Assembly: GCA_947085655.1 (NCBI GenBank)
Contig: CAMTXH010000016.1
Coordinates: forward strand, 1 to 63,978
Origin: an uncultured Omnitrophica bacterium
Lineage (GTDB): Bacteria; Omnitrophota; Gorgyraeia; JACQQV01
Length of the DNA stretch: 63,978 bases
Reading direction: 5' to 3'
A program made the translations under genes and the position numbers. This document shows positions 15,665 through 24,292 of the stretch, one piece after another. The notes beneath the pieces are model-generated. The model searched no databases. It was not told the origin of the DNA and worked only from the letters and a program-made list of their open reading frames with translations. The stretch's first letter is position 1. The number at the start of each line of letters is the position of its first letter.

Positions 15665-15737
15665 GTAGTCTACCAACTACTCGCTCGAAGCGCAACAAAA
15701 GAGTCGTTTACAGAGGCTTCTTTTTGAGGTAGACTAC
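15665..15737. promoter_or_regulatory. 10-bp inverted repeat pair in the divergent HIT/ExeA intergenic region
   Basis: GTAGTCTACC (15665-15674) and GGTAGACTAC (15728-15737) are perfect reverse complements separated by 53 nt. The second arm ends 10 nt before the ExeA-like ATG. Confidence 0.3.
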
Positions 15738-15747
15738 TTTTAAAAGC

Positions 15748-16569
15748 ATGGCGATTTATCAGGAATTTTACGGCCTTCGGGAGGCCCCCTTTAATGTCAC
15801 CAGCGACCCTGGTTTCCTCTTCTTCTCCCGTCACCATCAAGAGGCCTATTCTCACATCCAATACGGGATCAAGGAACGGAAGGGGTTTCTCCAGCTCACG
15901 GGTGAAATCGGATCCGGGAAGACCACCCTCTGCCGGGCCCTTCTAGATACGCTGGATGAGAAGACAAAAACCGCTTTCATCCTGAACCCCAATCTGACCG
16001 CCCTCCAACTGCTCAAGGCGATTGTCACCGATTTCGGGATCGTCACCCGGGCACGAACTCGGATGGAGCTGATCGAAACATTGAATCAGTTCCTGATCGA
16101 ACAACTCGAAAAGGGGTACAATGTCCTTGTCATTATCGACGAAGCCCAGAATCTGAGTGCCGCTGTTTTGGAGCAAATCCGGATGCTTTCAAACTTGGAA
16201 ACCCCGAAGGATAAGCTCATTCAGATTGCGCTCGTCGGTCAACCGGAACTCCGGCAGAAGCTCGAAGATCCCTCTTTGAGTCAGCTTCGCCAACGGATCG
16301 GGGTTCGCTACCACATCCTACCGCTCGATCAGGATGAAGTCGGACCTTACATTGAGCACCGGCTTCATATCGCAGGCTCAAACGGCCAGATCCGCTTCAA
16401 GCCGAAATCGGTTGAGTTGATCGGCCGGTACGCCAAAGGGATTCCGCGGCTCATCAATATGGTTTGCGACAAAAGTCTTTTGGCCGGTTACGTGTATGAA
16501 ACATTCGAAATGACCCCTCAGATCGTCCAGCGCTGCATTCAGGAACTGGAATTACCGGTGCCGGTATGA
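15748..16569 (+). CDS. ExeA/GspA-like AAA ATPase (secretion/PEP-CTERM-locus type)
   Basis: The N-terminus is FYGLREAPFNVTSDPGFLFFSRHHQEA, followed by Walker A GEIGSGKTT, Walker B VLVIIDEAQNL and LVGQPEL. Confidence 0.8.
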   Translation: MAIYQEFYGLREAPFNVTSDPGFLFFSRHHQEAYSHIQYGIKERKGFLQLTGEIGSGKTTLCRALLDTLDEKTKTAFILNPNLTALQLLKAIVTDFGIVTRARTRMELIETLNQFLIEQLEKGYNVLVIIDEAQNLSAAVLEQIRMLSNLETPKDKLIQIALVGQPELRQKLEDPSLSQLRQRIGVRYHILPLDQDEVGPYIEHRLHIAGSNGQIRFKPKSVELIGRYAKGIPRLINMVCDKSLLAGYVYETFEMTPQIVQRCIQELELPVPV

Positions 16570-17069
16570 GTCTGATTCACGATGCGTTAAGGAAACTTGA
16601 ACGCGAAAAAAAAGGCCCCCTTCCGCCGGGAACCGAACATCTTGTTCCCCCCTTACCTGAAAAAATCAAGGGACGGAAGTTCCCCTTTTTTTGGGGGCTT
16701 TTGGGACTCGGCGTCGGCCTGATCGCCGTTGGACTCTCGACCCAGTTTAAATCCTCCCCTGAGTTGAAAGTGGCTTCGACACTTCCTGAAGTCCCCGAAG
16801 AAGTCCTCCTTCCTCCCGCCCCTGTGTTGTCGCCTGAACCGGCTCCGGCCCCCATTCCGGAGACGATCCCCCTTTCCCTCCCCTCCCGAACAGAGAGCAC
16901 CTTCACCCTGAGCGGCGTGGTTCAGGGCGAGGGGGAACCGTTCGCAGTGATTAACAATCAGATTACGCGGGTGGGGGATGAAGTGGAGGGGGCCCGTTTG
17001 ATTGCCATCGGCACCAATCAGGTCACCCTTTTGCGGGATGGCGAGGAAATCCTACTCCGGCTTAAATAA
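16566..17069 (+). CDS. GspB-like protein (T2SSB-type C-terminal domain)
   Basis: It forms an ATGA overlap with the ExeA-like gene. It has one TM helix, a Pro-rich linker and the C-terminus LSGVVQGEGEPFAVINNQITRVGDEVEGARLIAIGTNQVTLLRDGEEILLRL, typical of GspB/ExeB-partner proteins. Confidence 0.55.
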   Translation: MSLIHDALRKLEREKKGPLPPGTEHLVPPLPEKIKGRKFPFFWGLLGLGVGLIAVGLSTQFKSSPELKVASTLPEVPEEVLLPPAPVLSPEPAPAPIPETIPLSLPSRTESTFTLSGVVQGEGEPFAVINNQITRVGDEVEGARLIAIGTNQVTLLRDGEEILLRLK

Positions 17070-17531
17070 CTACAATTGGAGTACCAGATGAATCATTTCG
17101 ACCGGGCCGAAGGGGAGCCGTTCGACCTCTGCAAATCCCTTCTTCCGGCCAAGAGCCAGTGCCGCTGACATGCTGGCACTTCCTCGAAAAACCACCTTTT
17201 TATAGCCCTGTTTCCTGCAGAAGGTAAGTGCTTCATCCACCAGCTGTGAGCCGTACTGTTTTCCCCGGTGGGCCGGGTCAATGAAAAGGCGCCTCAAGAG
17301 GGCCGTTTCGCGATCATCCTCTTTAATGGCAACCGTCCCGATGATCTTCTGGTTTACCTCCCCGACCAGGAACGTGTTGCGGCTTCCGCTGTATGTTTCG
17401 GAAATCATGTTTAAATCCGTATCCGAATAGGCCTTTCTCTCAAGCTGGAATTCCTGGTCAAGAATGGAAGTGATCAATTTCTTGACCGCTTGTTGATCCT
17501 CCGCTTTGAAAGACCGGACTTTCATGGTCAT
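17070..17531 (-). CDS. GNAT-family N-acetyltransferase
   Basis: Acetyl-CoA binding block RRLFIDPAHRGKQYGSQLVDEAL (R/QxxGxG/A-like) in a 153-aa protein. Confidence 0.8.
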   Translation of the reverse strand: MTMKVRSFKAEDQQAVKKLITSILDQEFQLERKAYSDTDLNMISETYSGSRNTFLVGEVNQKIIGTVAIKEDDRETALLRRLFIDPAHRGKQYGSQLVDEALTFCRKQGYKKVVFRGSASMSAALALGRKKGFAEVERLPFGPVEMIHLVLQL

Positions 17532-17986
17532 CGGTTTTTCACCACTCCTTCCAGTGGGGCCAGGTCAAACTGGCGCGTTAAAAAGCGGCTGGCCGCATCA
17601 AGCCCCCCATCCAGGAAAAGCGCCCCGATCAGCGCTTCGAAGGCCTCCGAAAGAAGCGAACTTTTGAAAGACCCCCCCTGCTCTTTTTCTCCCCGTCCCA
17701 AAAGGAGAAATTCGCCGAGTCCGAATCGTTTGGCCTCCTGGACAAGACGCTCCTCGCAGACAAAATTCTTCCGCTTTTCGGTAAGGGTTCCTGAGTCCTC
17801 CCCCGGAAACTGTGCCACCAAATGGGCGGTGATGACGAGTTGTAAGACCGCATCCCCCAAAAGGGCGAGAAGTTCGTTGTCCTCCGCCGGCTGTTCGTTG
17901 GCGAAAGAGCGGTGGGTCAGGGCCCTTTCCAAAAGAGTCGGTTTTTTGAAGGAATAACCGAGTCGCTGCTCGACGGTTTGATGCAT
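17528..17986 (-). CDS. rnc: RNase III catalytic-domain-only protein (no dsRBD)
   Basis: It carries LGYSFKKPTLLERALTHRSFANE, NELLALLGDAVL and SEAFEALIGALFLDGG. The ORF ends after about 150 aa, and the next gene overlaps by 4 nt, so no dsRBD can be encoded. Confidence 0.75.
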   Translation of the reverse strand: MHQTVEQRLGYSFKKPTLLERALTHRSFANEQPAEDNELLALLGDAVLQLVITAHLVAQFPGEDSGTLTEKRKNFVCEERLVQEAKRFGLGEFLLLGRGEKEQGGSFKSSLLSEAFEALIGALFLDGGLDAASRFLTRQFDLAPLEGVVKNR

Positions 17987-17990
17987 TGAC

Positions 17991-19088
17991 TTATTTCATC
18001 CGTTTCAAAATCACTTCCCGAATCACCTTTTCTCTTATTCCCTTCCGGATGACCACCCGCCCGATTCGGGTCGGGAGAACATACTGTCTTATCCCTCCGG
18101 CGAATTTCTTGTCGCGACCTTCCGCTTTTAAAATCTGATCGAGGCGCCATCGTCTTTTCTGAAGCTTCATCAGAGTGGTGGGAAGACCGACTTTCTTGAG
18201 AAGTGTTTCCAATCGGTCTAATTCCTTTCGTTGAAGGAGTCCCTCTTTCGCTGCGATTTCTGCGGCGAGAAGCATCCCGACAGAGATGGCCCTGCCATGT
18301 CGGGTTCGATATCCGGCAACCTGCTCGAGGGCATGCCCCAGCGTATGTCCGAAATTGAGAACCCTCCGGATGCCTTTCCGGTCGTATTCATCCTGCTCCA
18401 CGACACGCGCCTTGATCCGGGAACAGGTGGCGACAAGCTGTTGGAGGGCCCGCCCGTCCTTTTTTAAAAGCCGGTCGATATTCTTTTCAATGAAACTGAA
18501 AAAAGGTTCCGATTGGATGACGCCGTATTTGATCGCTTCTGCCAGTCCATCCCGGAGGTTTTCCTCCGGGAGTTTCTTAAGAACCGACATATCCGAGTAG
18601 ACCAACCGCGGCTGGTAAAAGGCCCCCAGGTAGTTTTTTGCCGTTGGGAGATCTATTCCGGTCTTTCCGCCGATAGCCGAATCCACCTGAGATAAAAGCG
18701 TGGTTGGGACCTGGATATAGGGAATGCCTCTTTTATAGGTCGCAGCGACAAACCCGGTTAAATCACCCAGAACACCCCCTGAAAAACAGATAACGAAATC
18801 CGGATCCGTTCGAATCATTTTTTTAATGAGCGGAAGAAACCAATCTAAAGACTTTGCACGCTCGTCTGTTGGAAATTGTTTTTCCCAGATGGCTTGAATA
18901 CCGACTCTCTTCAACGAAGCCCGGAGGTCTCTTCCATGTTTTTGATAGACAGCGTTGTTCGTTGTGACCAAGGCGCGCCTTCCCAGACCCAGCCGCTTAA
19001 GTTCTTTCCCAAAAGTGCCGTATCCCTGGTCCGTCACAATAATCGTATAGCTTCTCTCACCGAGCCGAACTCTGATGGCATGCTTCAT
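17991..19088 (-). CDS. aroB: 3-dehydroquinate synthase
   Basis: Motifs GGVLGDLTGFVAATYKRGIPYIQVPTTLLSQVDSAIGGKTGIDL and NFGHTLGHALE. Confidence 0.95.
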   Translation of the reverse strand: MKHAIRVRLGERSYTIIVTDQGYGTFGKELKRLGLGRRALVTTNNAVYQKHGRDLRASLKRVGIQAIWEKQFPTDERAKSLDWFLPLIKKMIRTDPDFVICFSGGVLGDLTGFVAATYKRGIPYIQVPTTLLSQVDSAIGGKTGIDLPTAKNYLGAFYQPRLVYSDMSVLKKLPEENLRDGLAEAIKYGVIQSEPFFSFIEKNIDRLLKKDGRALQQLVATCSRIKARVVEQDEYDRKGIRRVLNFGHTLGHALEQVAGYRTRHGRAISVGMLLAAEIAAKEGLLQRKELDRLETLLKKVGLPTTLMKLQKRRWRLDQILKAEGRDKKFAGGIRQYVLPTRIGRVVIRKGIREKVIREVILKRMK

Positions 19089-19116
19089 TGATTTGAGTAT
19101 AACAAAATTATCGAAA

Positions 19117-19758
19117 TTAAGGAAGACCTAGGACTCGGGAGGAAAATTCGATGAGAGGGAGGATTATCTTCCAGAGAAAACCGGAGGAGAGGAGAAAAAA
19201 GACAATCAGGATCCCATACCGCTCAAGCCGTGCATACGGGGAGAGCCAGCCAAGCGGAAGAAGTCCCATCACAACGCGGGAGCCGTCCAAGGGCGGAATC
19301 GGGATCAGGTTGAAGATCGCCAAGAGGATATTCAAGCGGGCGGCATTCAGGAGAAAGGCGGCCGGCAGCGATTCCATCGGAAATCTCCCAAGGTGAAAAA
19401 TTCCTGCTGCAAGGAGAGCTAGACAAACATTCGTCATCGGACCGGCCAGCGCGACCCAGATCATCTGTTGTTTCGGTTTCCGGAGCATCGTGAACGTCAC
19501 CGGAACCGGCTTTGCCCACCCGAAAAAGACATGAAGGGTTAGAAAGAAAACAAGTGGGAGGATGAAAGTTCCCCAGATGTCCAGATGGGCGAGTGGATTC
19601 AGGGTGAGACGGCCGGCCCTTTTGGCCGTTGGGTCCCCGAATCGGTATGCCACCCAGCCGTGGGCCACCTCATGAAATGAAACGGAAAGGGCGATGATTG
19701 GAAGAATAATTAGAAATTGGATTAGCAAGAGGAGAGGGGACGGTAGAGAACTGCTCAT
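19117..19758 (-). CDS. site-2 protease family (M50) membrane metallopeptidase
   Basis: HEVAHG (HExxH) sits in the first TM region, the protein is polytopic, and NLIPIPPLDGS is present. Confidence 0.85.
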   Translation of the reverse strand: MSSSLPSPLLLLIQFLIILPIIALSVSFHEVAHGWVAYRFGDPTAKRAGRLTLNPLAHLDIWGTFILPLVFFLTLHVFFGWAKPVPVTFTMLRKPKQQMIWVALAGPMTNVCLALLAAGIFHLGRFPMESLPAAFLLNAARLNILLAIFNLIPIPPLDGSRVVMGLLPLGWLSPYARLERYGILIVFFLLSSGFLWKIILPLIEFSSRVLGLP

Positions 19759-20420
19759 GAAACAAGCAGTTCCCGCGGATATCCGATATTCCGGACCACC
19801 AGTTCACCGGTGACAGAAGGGCCGTCTTTGAGGAAAAAGCCCTTTTTGGGGAGTCCGAACGTGACGGTCCGTTCCGCCTGGATACAGCCGCCCAGAATCC
19901 GGCCGGTTGTAGCGCAAAGCCCGGATGGGATATCCACCGACAGAACCGGACAAGGGAGCCGGTTGACTATTTCAATGCTTCCGTGATACGGTTCGCGGAC
20001 TTCCCCCTTCAATCCGATTCCAAGGAGCGCATCCACGGCCATGGCAAATGGACCTTCTTGGATAACCCCTTTTTGGAGGTCTGTGGGAGTGAGGGTTTGA
20101 CGGATCAGACAGCGCCATCGGACGAGCATCTCAAAGTGGGTTTTCGCAGACCCATTCAGATTTTCCTCTTTTCCGATGAAAAAGACCACCACCGGGATTT
20201 CCCTCAAAAGGAGATGCCGTGCGGTGGCAAAACCGTCCCCGCCGTTGTTTCCCTTCCCGCAAAAAACGGCGACCTTCCCTTCCTTCCCGGGGAATCCCTC
20301 AAGAAGGGCCTCCGCCGCTTCCCGACCGGCGTTTTCCATCAGAAGGAGTTCAGGGATGCCATACCGCTCTTGGGCCTCTTGATCAATGGCCCGCATCTCG
20401 TCCGCATCAACCGTCTTCAC
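19755..20420 (-). CDS. nnrE: NAD(P)H-hydrate epimerase (YjeF N-terminal domain)
   Basis: Motifs LMENAGREAA, CGKGNNGGDGF and DALLGIGL. Confidence 0.9.
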   Translation of the reverse strand: MKTVDADEMRAIDQEAQERYGIPELLLMENAGREAAEALLEGFPGKEGKVAVFCGKGNNGGDGFATARHLLLREIPVVVFFIGKEENLNGSAKTHFEMLVRWRCLIRQTLTPTDLQKGVIQEGPFAMAVDALLGIGLKGEVREPYHGSIEIVNRLPCPVLSVDIPSGLCATTGRILGGCIQAERTVTFGLPKKGFFLKDGPSVTGELVVRNIGYPRELLVS

Positions 20421-20427
20421 GAGGGTA

Positions 20428-20748
20428 TTAGGAGACCGGGCTTCCCGTCGCCACCGGTTTTTCCACCGTCAAGATAGAGAGAGACTGGCCATCTTTTGCT
20501 GCGAGTAGCATTCCCTCGCTTTGAATTCCACGGATCGTGACCGGTTCGATATTATCGATGAGGATGCATTGTTTCCCTTGAAGCTCCTCCTTTTCGTAGT
20601 ATGGTCGGATGCCGGCAACAATTTTTCTGCTTGTCCCCCCCGTCTCAACAGTCAGGATATACAGTTTGTCTGCATTCGGATGGTCCTCTGCGGACACAAT
20701 CTCCGCGACCCGCAGACTCAGTTTTTTGAAGTCGTCAATCGTTGCCAT
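20428..20748 (-). CDS. tRNA-binding domain protein (CsaA/EMAP-like)
   Basis: The sequence F.KLDLRV..I..AE.HPNADKLY... appears here as FKKLSLRVAEIVSAEDHPNADKLYILTVETGG. The protein is 106 aa. Confidence 0.85.
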   Translation of the reverse strand: MATIDDFKKLSLRVAEIVSAEDHPNADKLYILTVETGGTSRKIVAGIRPYYEKEELQGKQCILIDNIEPVTIRGIQSEGMLLAAKDGQSLSILTVEKPVATGSPVS

Positions 20749-21059
20749 TATTTCCCCTTTTCTTTTTTCGGAGGCGCTTCTTTTTTCACCGCTTCTTTCT
20801 TATCCTTGGGTGGCGTAGCAGCGGCCTGAGTCTCTGGTATTACGGGAGCCGCCTCGCCTCCAGGGGCTGCTGCTTCCGCCGCTTTCTCCTTCTTAATCTT
20901 GAACCGGACGGTCTTTACTTTGGGAAGACCGAAGACCGAATCCCCTTCCTTCCAGCGGTCCTTCTCTTCCAGACTCTTAATTCGCTCGTATCGTTTCAAG
21001 ACCGAGCGGTGCCGTTTTCGACGGCTGCTTGATTTCAAGCTGGTATGTTGTGACATCAC
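20748..21059 (-). CDS. small basic protein (TIGR04137-like) with K/A/P-rich C-terminal tail
   Basis: The N-terminus MSQHTSLKSSSRRKRHRSVLKRYERIKSLEEKDRWKEGDSVFGLPKVK matches my recollection of the 'small basic protein' family of PVC-type bacteria. Confidence 0.55.
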   Translation of the reverse strand: MMSQHTSLKSSSRRKRHRSVLKRYERIKSLEEKDRWKEGDSVFGLPKVKTVRFKIKKEKAAEAAAPGGEAAPVIPETQAAATPPKDKKEAVKKEAPPKKEKGK

Positions 21060-21067
21060 ATTCTCCT

Positions 21068-21601
21068 TTAACGGTTCCGGACAAAAGCGTCCTTGAACGA
21101 TTTTTTCAGTTCTGACAGGGCCCGGTCGGCTTCAGACCGGCTTTCGTAACCCCCGATGCAGACGGCAGTCTGCCGGGTTCCTTCGATCAAAAAGGCCTCC
21201 TGGATTCCCTTCCGCTTCATTTGTTCAAGGGCCTCCCGGGCGGCCTCCGTCCCTCCGAACGAAGCCACCTGAACGGTGAAGCGCCCCGATACCTGCTTTT
21301 CCGGTGCGACCTTTGCAGGAATCGGTTTTTCCGCTTCCTTCGGCTTGGGTGCTTCCATTCGGGCAGCTCGAGTGAGCGGTGTTCGGTTTTGAATGATCGG
21401 TTTCTGATTTTGATAACCGATTTCGACGCCGATTGCAAAAATGACCACGATCCCCATGGCCAGAATGAGGATACCGAGAAGAAGGGTATCCATTGAAAAC
21501 GAGAACGAAAACCGCTTCGTTTCACCAGACCGGAAGGGATTCCGGGTCCGCCTCGTTTTCTTTGCGTATTCATCGAAGAATTCTTTCTGCTGTTCTGGCA
21601 T
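21068..21601 (-). CDS. SPOR-domain membrane protein
   Basis: I moved the start to the ATG at 21601, directly after the upstream stop at 21603. It has one TM helix and the C-terminus FTVQVASFGGTEAAREALEQMKRKG...AVCIGGYESRSEADRALSELK (SPOR fold pattern). Confidence 0.7.
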   Translation of the reverse strand: MPEQQKEFFDEYAKKTRRTRNPFRSGETKRFSFSFSMDTLLLGILILAMGIVVIFAIGVEIGYQNQKPIIQNRTPLTRAARMEAPKPKEAEKPIPAKVAPEKQVSGRFTVQVASFGGTEAAREALEQMKRKGIQEAFLIEGTRQTAVCIGGYESRSEADRALSELKKSFKDAFVRNR

Positions 21602-21602
21602 C

Positions 21603-22685
21603 TTAAAACCGGTCCAAAAGCTTGCGAAAAGCTTTTTTTCTGGTAAAGGCCATAAAGGCCTCGACGACCTGCGGGTCAAACTGCCGCCCCTGGTGGCGTT
21701 TGAGTTCGGAAAGTGCTTGACGGAGACCGATCCGTTTGCGATACGGCCGGTGGGAGACCATTGCCTCAAAAGCGTTCGCGACCGCCAAGATGCGCGCTCC
21801 AAGCGGGATCTCCTCCCCTTTTAACCCCTTCGGGTAACCCTTCCCGTCATACCGCTCCGTATGATGAAGAACAATCGGAAGAACCGGTTCCAGTGTCCGA
21901 ATCGGTTTGATCAGTTGGGTGGAGGTGACCGGAACCTTCCGCATCAGCTGTCTTTCGGGATCGGTGAGTTTTGAGGGCTTAGTCAGGATCTTCTCGGGGA
22001 CGGCAACCATCCCCGCGTCATGGAGGAGTGCGGCATAGTGGAGTATTTTGGTCTCTTCATGGGAAAGGTGAAGTTCCGCGGCCATTCCAAGCGCCAGACC
22101 GGAAAGAAGTTCTGAAGAGCCGCGGCGCATGGGCGTTTTGCATTCCAGGATGGCAGCCAGGGAGCGGATGGAGTCGATCGTCAGTTTTTCCTGCTCCTCG
22201 TAAAGTTTCGCATTTTTGAAAGCGACCATCGCCTGTTCCGAAAGCGTCATCAGAATTTCCCGGTCGTACAGAGAAAATCCTCCCTTTTTTCCCTTTTTGC
22301 CGTGGACGGAAATGACTCCCATCACATCTTCATCCATGAGCGGCACGCAGAGGGTCTGCTTTTTGAAGTAGGACTCTCCGGATTTCGCCACTTTCCCTTC
22401 GATCCCCTCCCCGACCGAAAGTTTTTTAAGACCATCTGCCGGACTGGAGGGGTCGTGATGGACAACGGCCCTCCGGATCAAATTTTTTTTCCGGGCGTCC
22501 AGAAGGAAGATGACGCAACTTTGGGCCCGGAGGACCTGAAGACAGAGGCGGGCAAAGCGGGGAAGGAGTTCTCCGAAGTCCAGACTGGAGGAAAGGAGGC
22601 GATGCACCGTATGCACCGTCGAAAGCGCCAGGGAGAGTGCTTGAATCTTTTCGTTCAACTGGTCAATCGTTTCAGACTCTTTCAT
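21603..22685 (-). CDS. GAF-domain / HD-GYP-domain protein (putative c-di-GMP phosphodiesterase)
   Basis: A GAF-like N-terminal half is followed by the HD motif AALLHDAGMV and the HD-GYP motif HHTERYDGKGYPKGL. The start is uncertain: ATG at 22685, ATG at 22712 or TTG at 22721. Confidence 0.85.
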   Translation of the reverse strand: MKESETIDQLNEKIQALSLALSTVHTVHRLLSSSLDFGELLPRFARLCLQVLRAQSCVIFLLDARKKNLIRRAVVHHDPSSPADGLKKLSVGEGIEGKVAKSGESYFKKQTLCVPLMDEDVMGVISVHGKKGKKGGFSLYDREILMTLSEQAMVAFKNAKLYEEQEKLTIDSIRSLAAILECKTPMRRGSSELLSGLALGMAAELHLSHEETKILHYAALLHDAGMVAVPEKILTKPSKLTDPERQLMRKVPVTSTQLIKPIRTLEPVLPIVLHHTERYDGKGYPKGLKGEEIPLGARILAVANAFEAMVSHRPYRKRIGLRQALSELKRHQGRQFDPQVVEAFMAFTRKKAFRKLLDRF

Positions 22686-23853
22686 AGGGGTCAAAGAGGC
22701 GTTTGTACTCATCCAGTGCAAATCGGTCGGTCATCCCGGCCACATAGTCACAGATGACCCGGTAAGGGCCCTCCTGGCGAACGCGGGAGGAGAAATTCGG
22801 AGGCAACTGGTCCGGATCCTGGAGATAGACCTGAAAAAGACCTTCCACGAAACGTCTCGCCTTGTCTGACATCCTGACGACGCGGTAATGGCGGTAGAGA
22901 TTTTTCATGAGGAAATTTTTTAAAATTTTCCGGTCCTCGATCATCCCCCCATCGAAAACGATCAAACGGTCGGAACAGTGACGAACATCTTCCGTCGTCC
23001 GGATGCGCTTTTCCGCAAGGGTCTTTTCCGAGGTGGTCACGAGATTCGTGATTTGCATATCAATGAGTGACCGGATGATCCTTTTTGTCAGGAGGCTTTG
23101 GGCAAGAGAAGGAATTTCTTTCAGGACTGCGCGATGGGGTTTCTCCCAAAGGGGAATTCTTAGCAAATCCTCCTCTTTTAAAATGCCGGAGGCGATCCCG
23201 TCATCCAGGTCGTGGTTGTCATAAGCGATTTCATCCGCCACATCAACCACCTGACCTTCCAGAAGCGGGGAGAGATCCGGCGCAAGCGCCGTATTCCGGT
23301 CCGGCTTGTCGAATGGAGTCCGGTGCTTGTTGATTCCTTCACGGACTTCCCAGCTCAGGTTTAATCCTTTGAAACCGGGATACCGCTCCTCAAGGAAGTC
23401 AACCACCCGGAGCCCCTGCAGATTGTGATCAAAGCCCCCGTGGTCTTTCATCATCTCCTGGAGGGCGTCCTCTCCGGCATGTCCGAAAGGCCCGTGACCG
23501 ATATCATGGGCTAGCGCCAGTGTCTCAATCAGGTCTTCATTGAGACGCATGGCCCTGGCAATCGAGCGAGCAATCTGGGCCACCTCGATGGTATGGGTCA
23601 ACCGCGTTCGGAAATTATCCCCTTCGTGGTTAACAAAGACCTGGGTTTTGTATTCGAGACGCCGAAAGGCCGTTGTGTGGATGATGCGGTCCCGATCCCG
23701 CTGGTAACACGAACGGTAGGGATGTTCCTTTTCAGGATGAACCCTTCCGCGACTCTGCCTGCTCTTCATGGCGTAGGCAGCAAGAAACTGGTCCTCCCGT
23801 TCCTCGATTTCAGCGCGGGTCAACATGGCGGACTTTCTGGTAAAGGGCCTCAA
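22672..23853 (-). CDS. dgt: dGTPase-like deoxynucleoside triphosphate triphosphohydrolase (HD domain)
   Basis: Motifs YQRDRDRIIHTTAFRRLEYKTQVF, RLTHTIEVAQIARSIA and LAHDIGHGPFGH. Confidence 0.9.
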   Translation of the reverse strand: MRPFTRKSAMLTRAEIEEREDQFLAAYAMKSRQSRGRVHPEKEHPYRSCYQRDRDRIIHTTAFRRLEYKTQVFVNHEGDNFRTRLTHTIEVAQIARSIARAMRLNEDLIETLALAHDIGHGPFGHAGEDALQEMMKDHGGFDHNLQGLRVVDFLEERYPGFKGLNLSWEVREGINKHRTPFDKPDRNTALAPDLSPLLEGQVVDVADEIAYDNHDLDDGIASGILKEEDLLRIPLWEKPHRAVLKEIPSLAQSLLTKRIIRSLIDMQITNLVTTSEKTLAEKRIRTTEDVRHCSDRLIVFDGGMIEDRKILKNFLMKNLYRHYRVVRMSDKARRFVEGLFQVYLQDPDQLPPNFSSRVRQEGPYRVICDYVAGMTDRFALDEYKRLFDPYERV

Positions 23854-24292
23854 GGGATTCCGACATCACTTTGGCGCCGGAGACAACCGGCATATAATTG
23901 GTGTCGCCTTTCCAGCGCGGCACCAGATGAAAATGGATGTGATCCTTGTAGCCGGCTCCGCCGGCACGCCCCTCATTGAGGCCGATATTGAAACCGTGGG
24001 GCTTCAGGACCTTCGTCAAAACTTTTTTCACATCCCGGATGTGCCTGATCAAAGCAGAAAGTTCCGTGGGCCGGAGCGCCTCAAGGGCCTTCACGTGGCG
24101 GTAAGGGACAATCATAACATGGCCGTTGTTATAGGGATAAAGATTCAACATGGCAAACGTATGGCGTCTCCTCATGAAAATAAAATTTTTCGCATCTTTT
24201 TTCTGTTTGGGCTTTCGACAGAAAATGCACCTTTTAGGTTCCCCGTCATAAATAAACTTTTCTCGCCAGGGGGCCCAGAGGATTTTATCCAT
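23810..24292 (-). CDS. HIT-family protein, Ap4A-phosphorylase/ATP-adenylyltransferase-like
   Basis: Motifs CIFC, NLYPYNNGHVMIVPYRH and HIHFHLVPRWKGDTNYMPV. I moved the start to the ATG at 24292, which overlaps the upstream gene by 8 nt. Confidence 0.8.
   Translation of the reverse strand: MDKILWAPWREKFIYDGEPKRCIFCRKPKQKKDAKNFIFMRRRHTFAMLNLYPYNNGHVMIVPYRHVKALEALRPTELSALIRHIRDVKKVLTKVLKPHGFNIGLNEGRAGGAGYKDHIHFHLVPRWKGDTNYMPVVSGAKVMSESLEALYQKVRHVDPR

Noticed and set aside
17070-17531. GNAT acetyltransferase as a TacT/AtaT-type toxin.
   Set aside because: There is no small RHH/DUF1778 antitoxin ORF upstream, because it overlaps the RNase III gene instead. It has a generic GNAT sequence.
22672-23853. 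dGTPase as a stand-alone dNTP-depletion defence gene.
   Set aside because: The sequence has the ubiquitous Dgt-like layout and is translationally overlapped with housekeeping-type neighbours. Nothing in the sequence distinguishes it from the core-genome clade.
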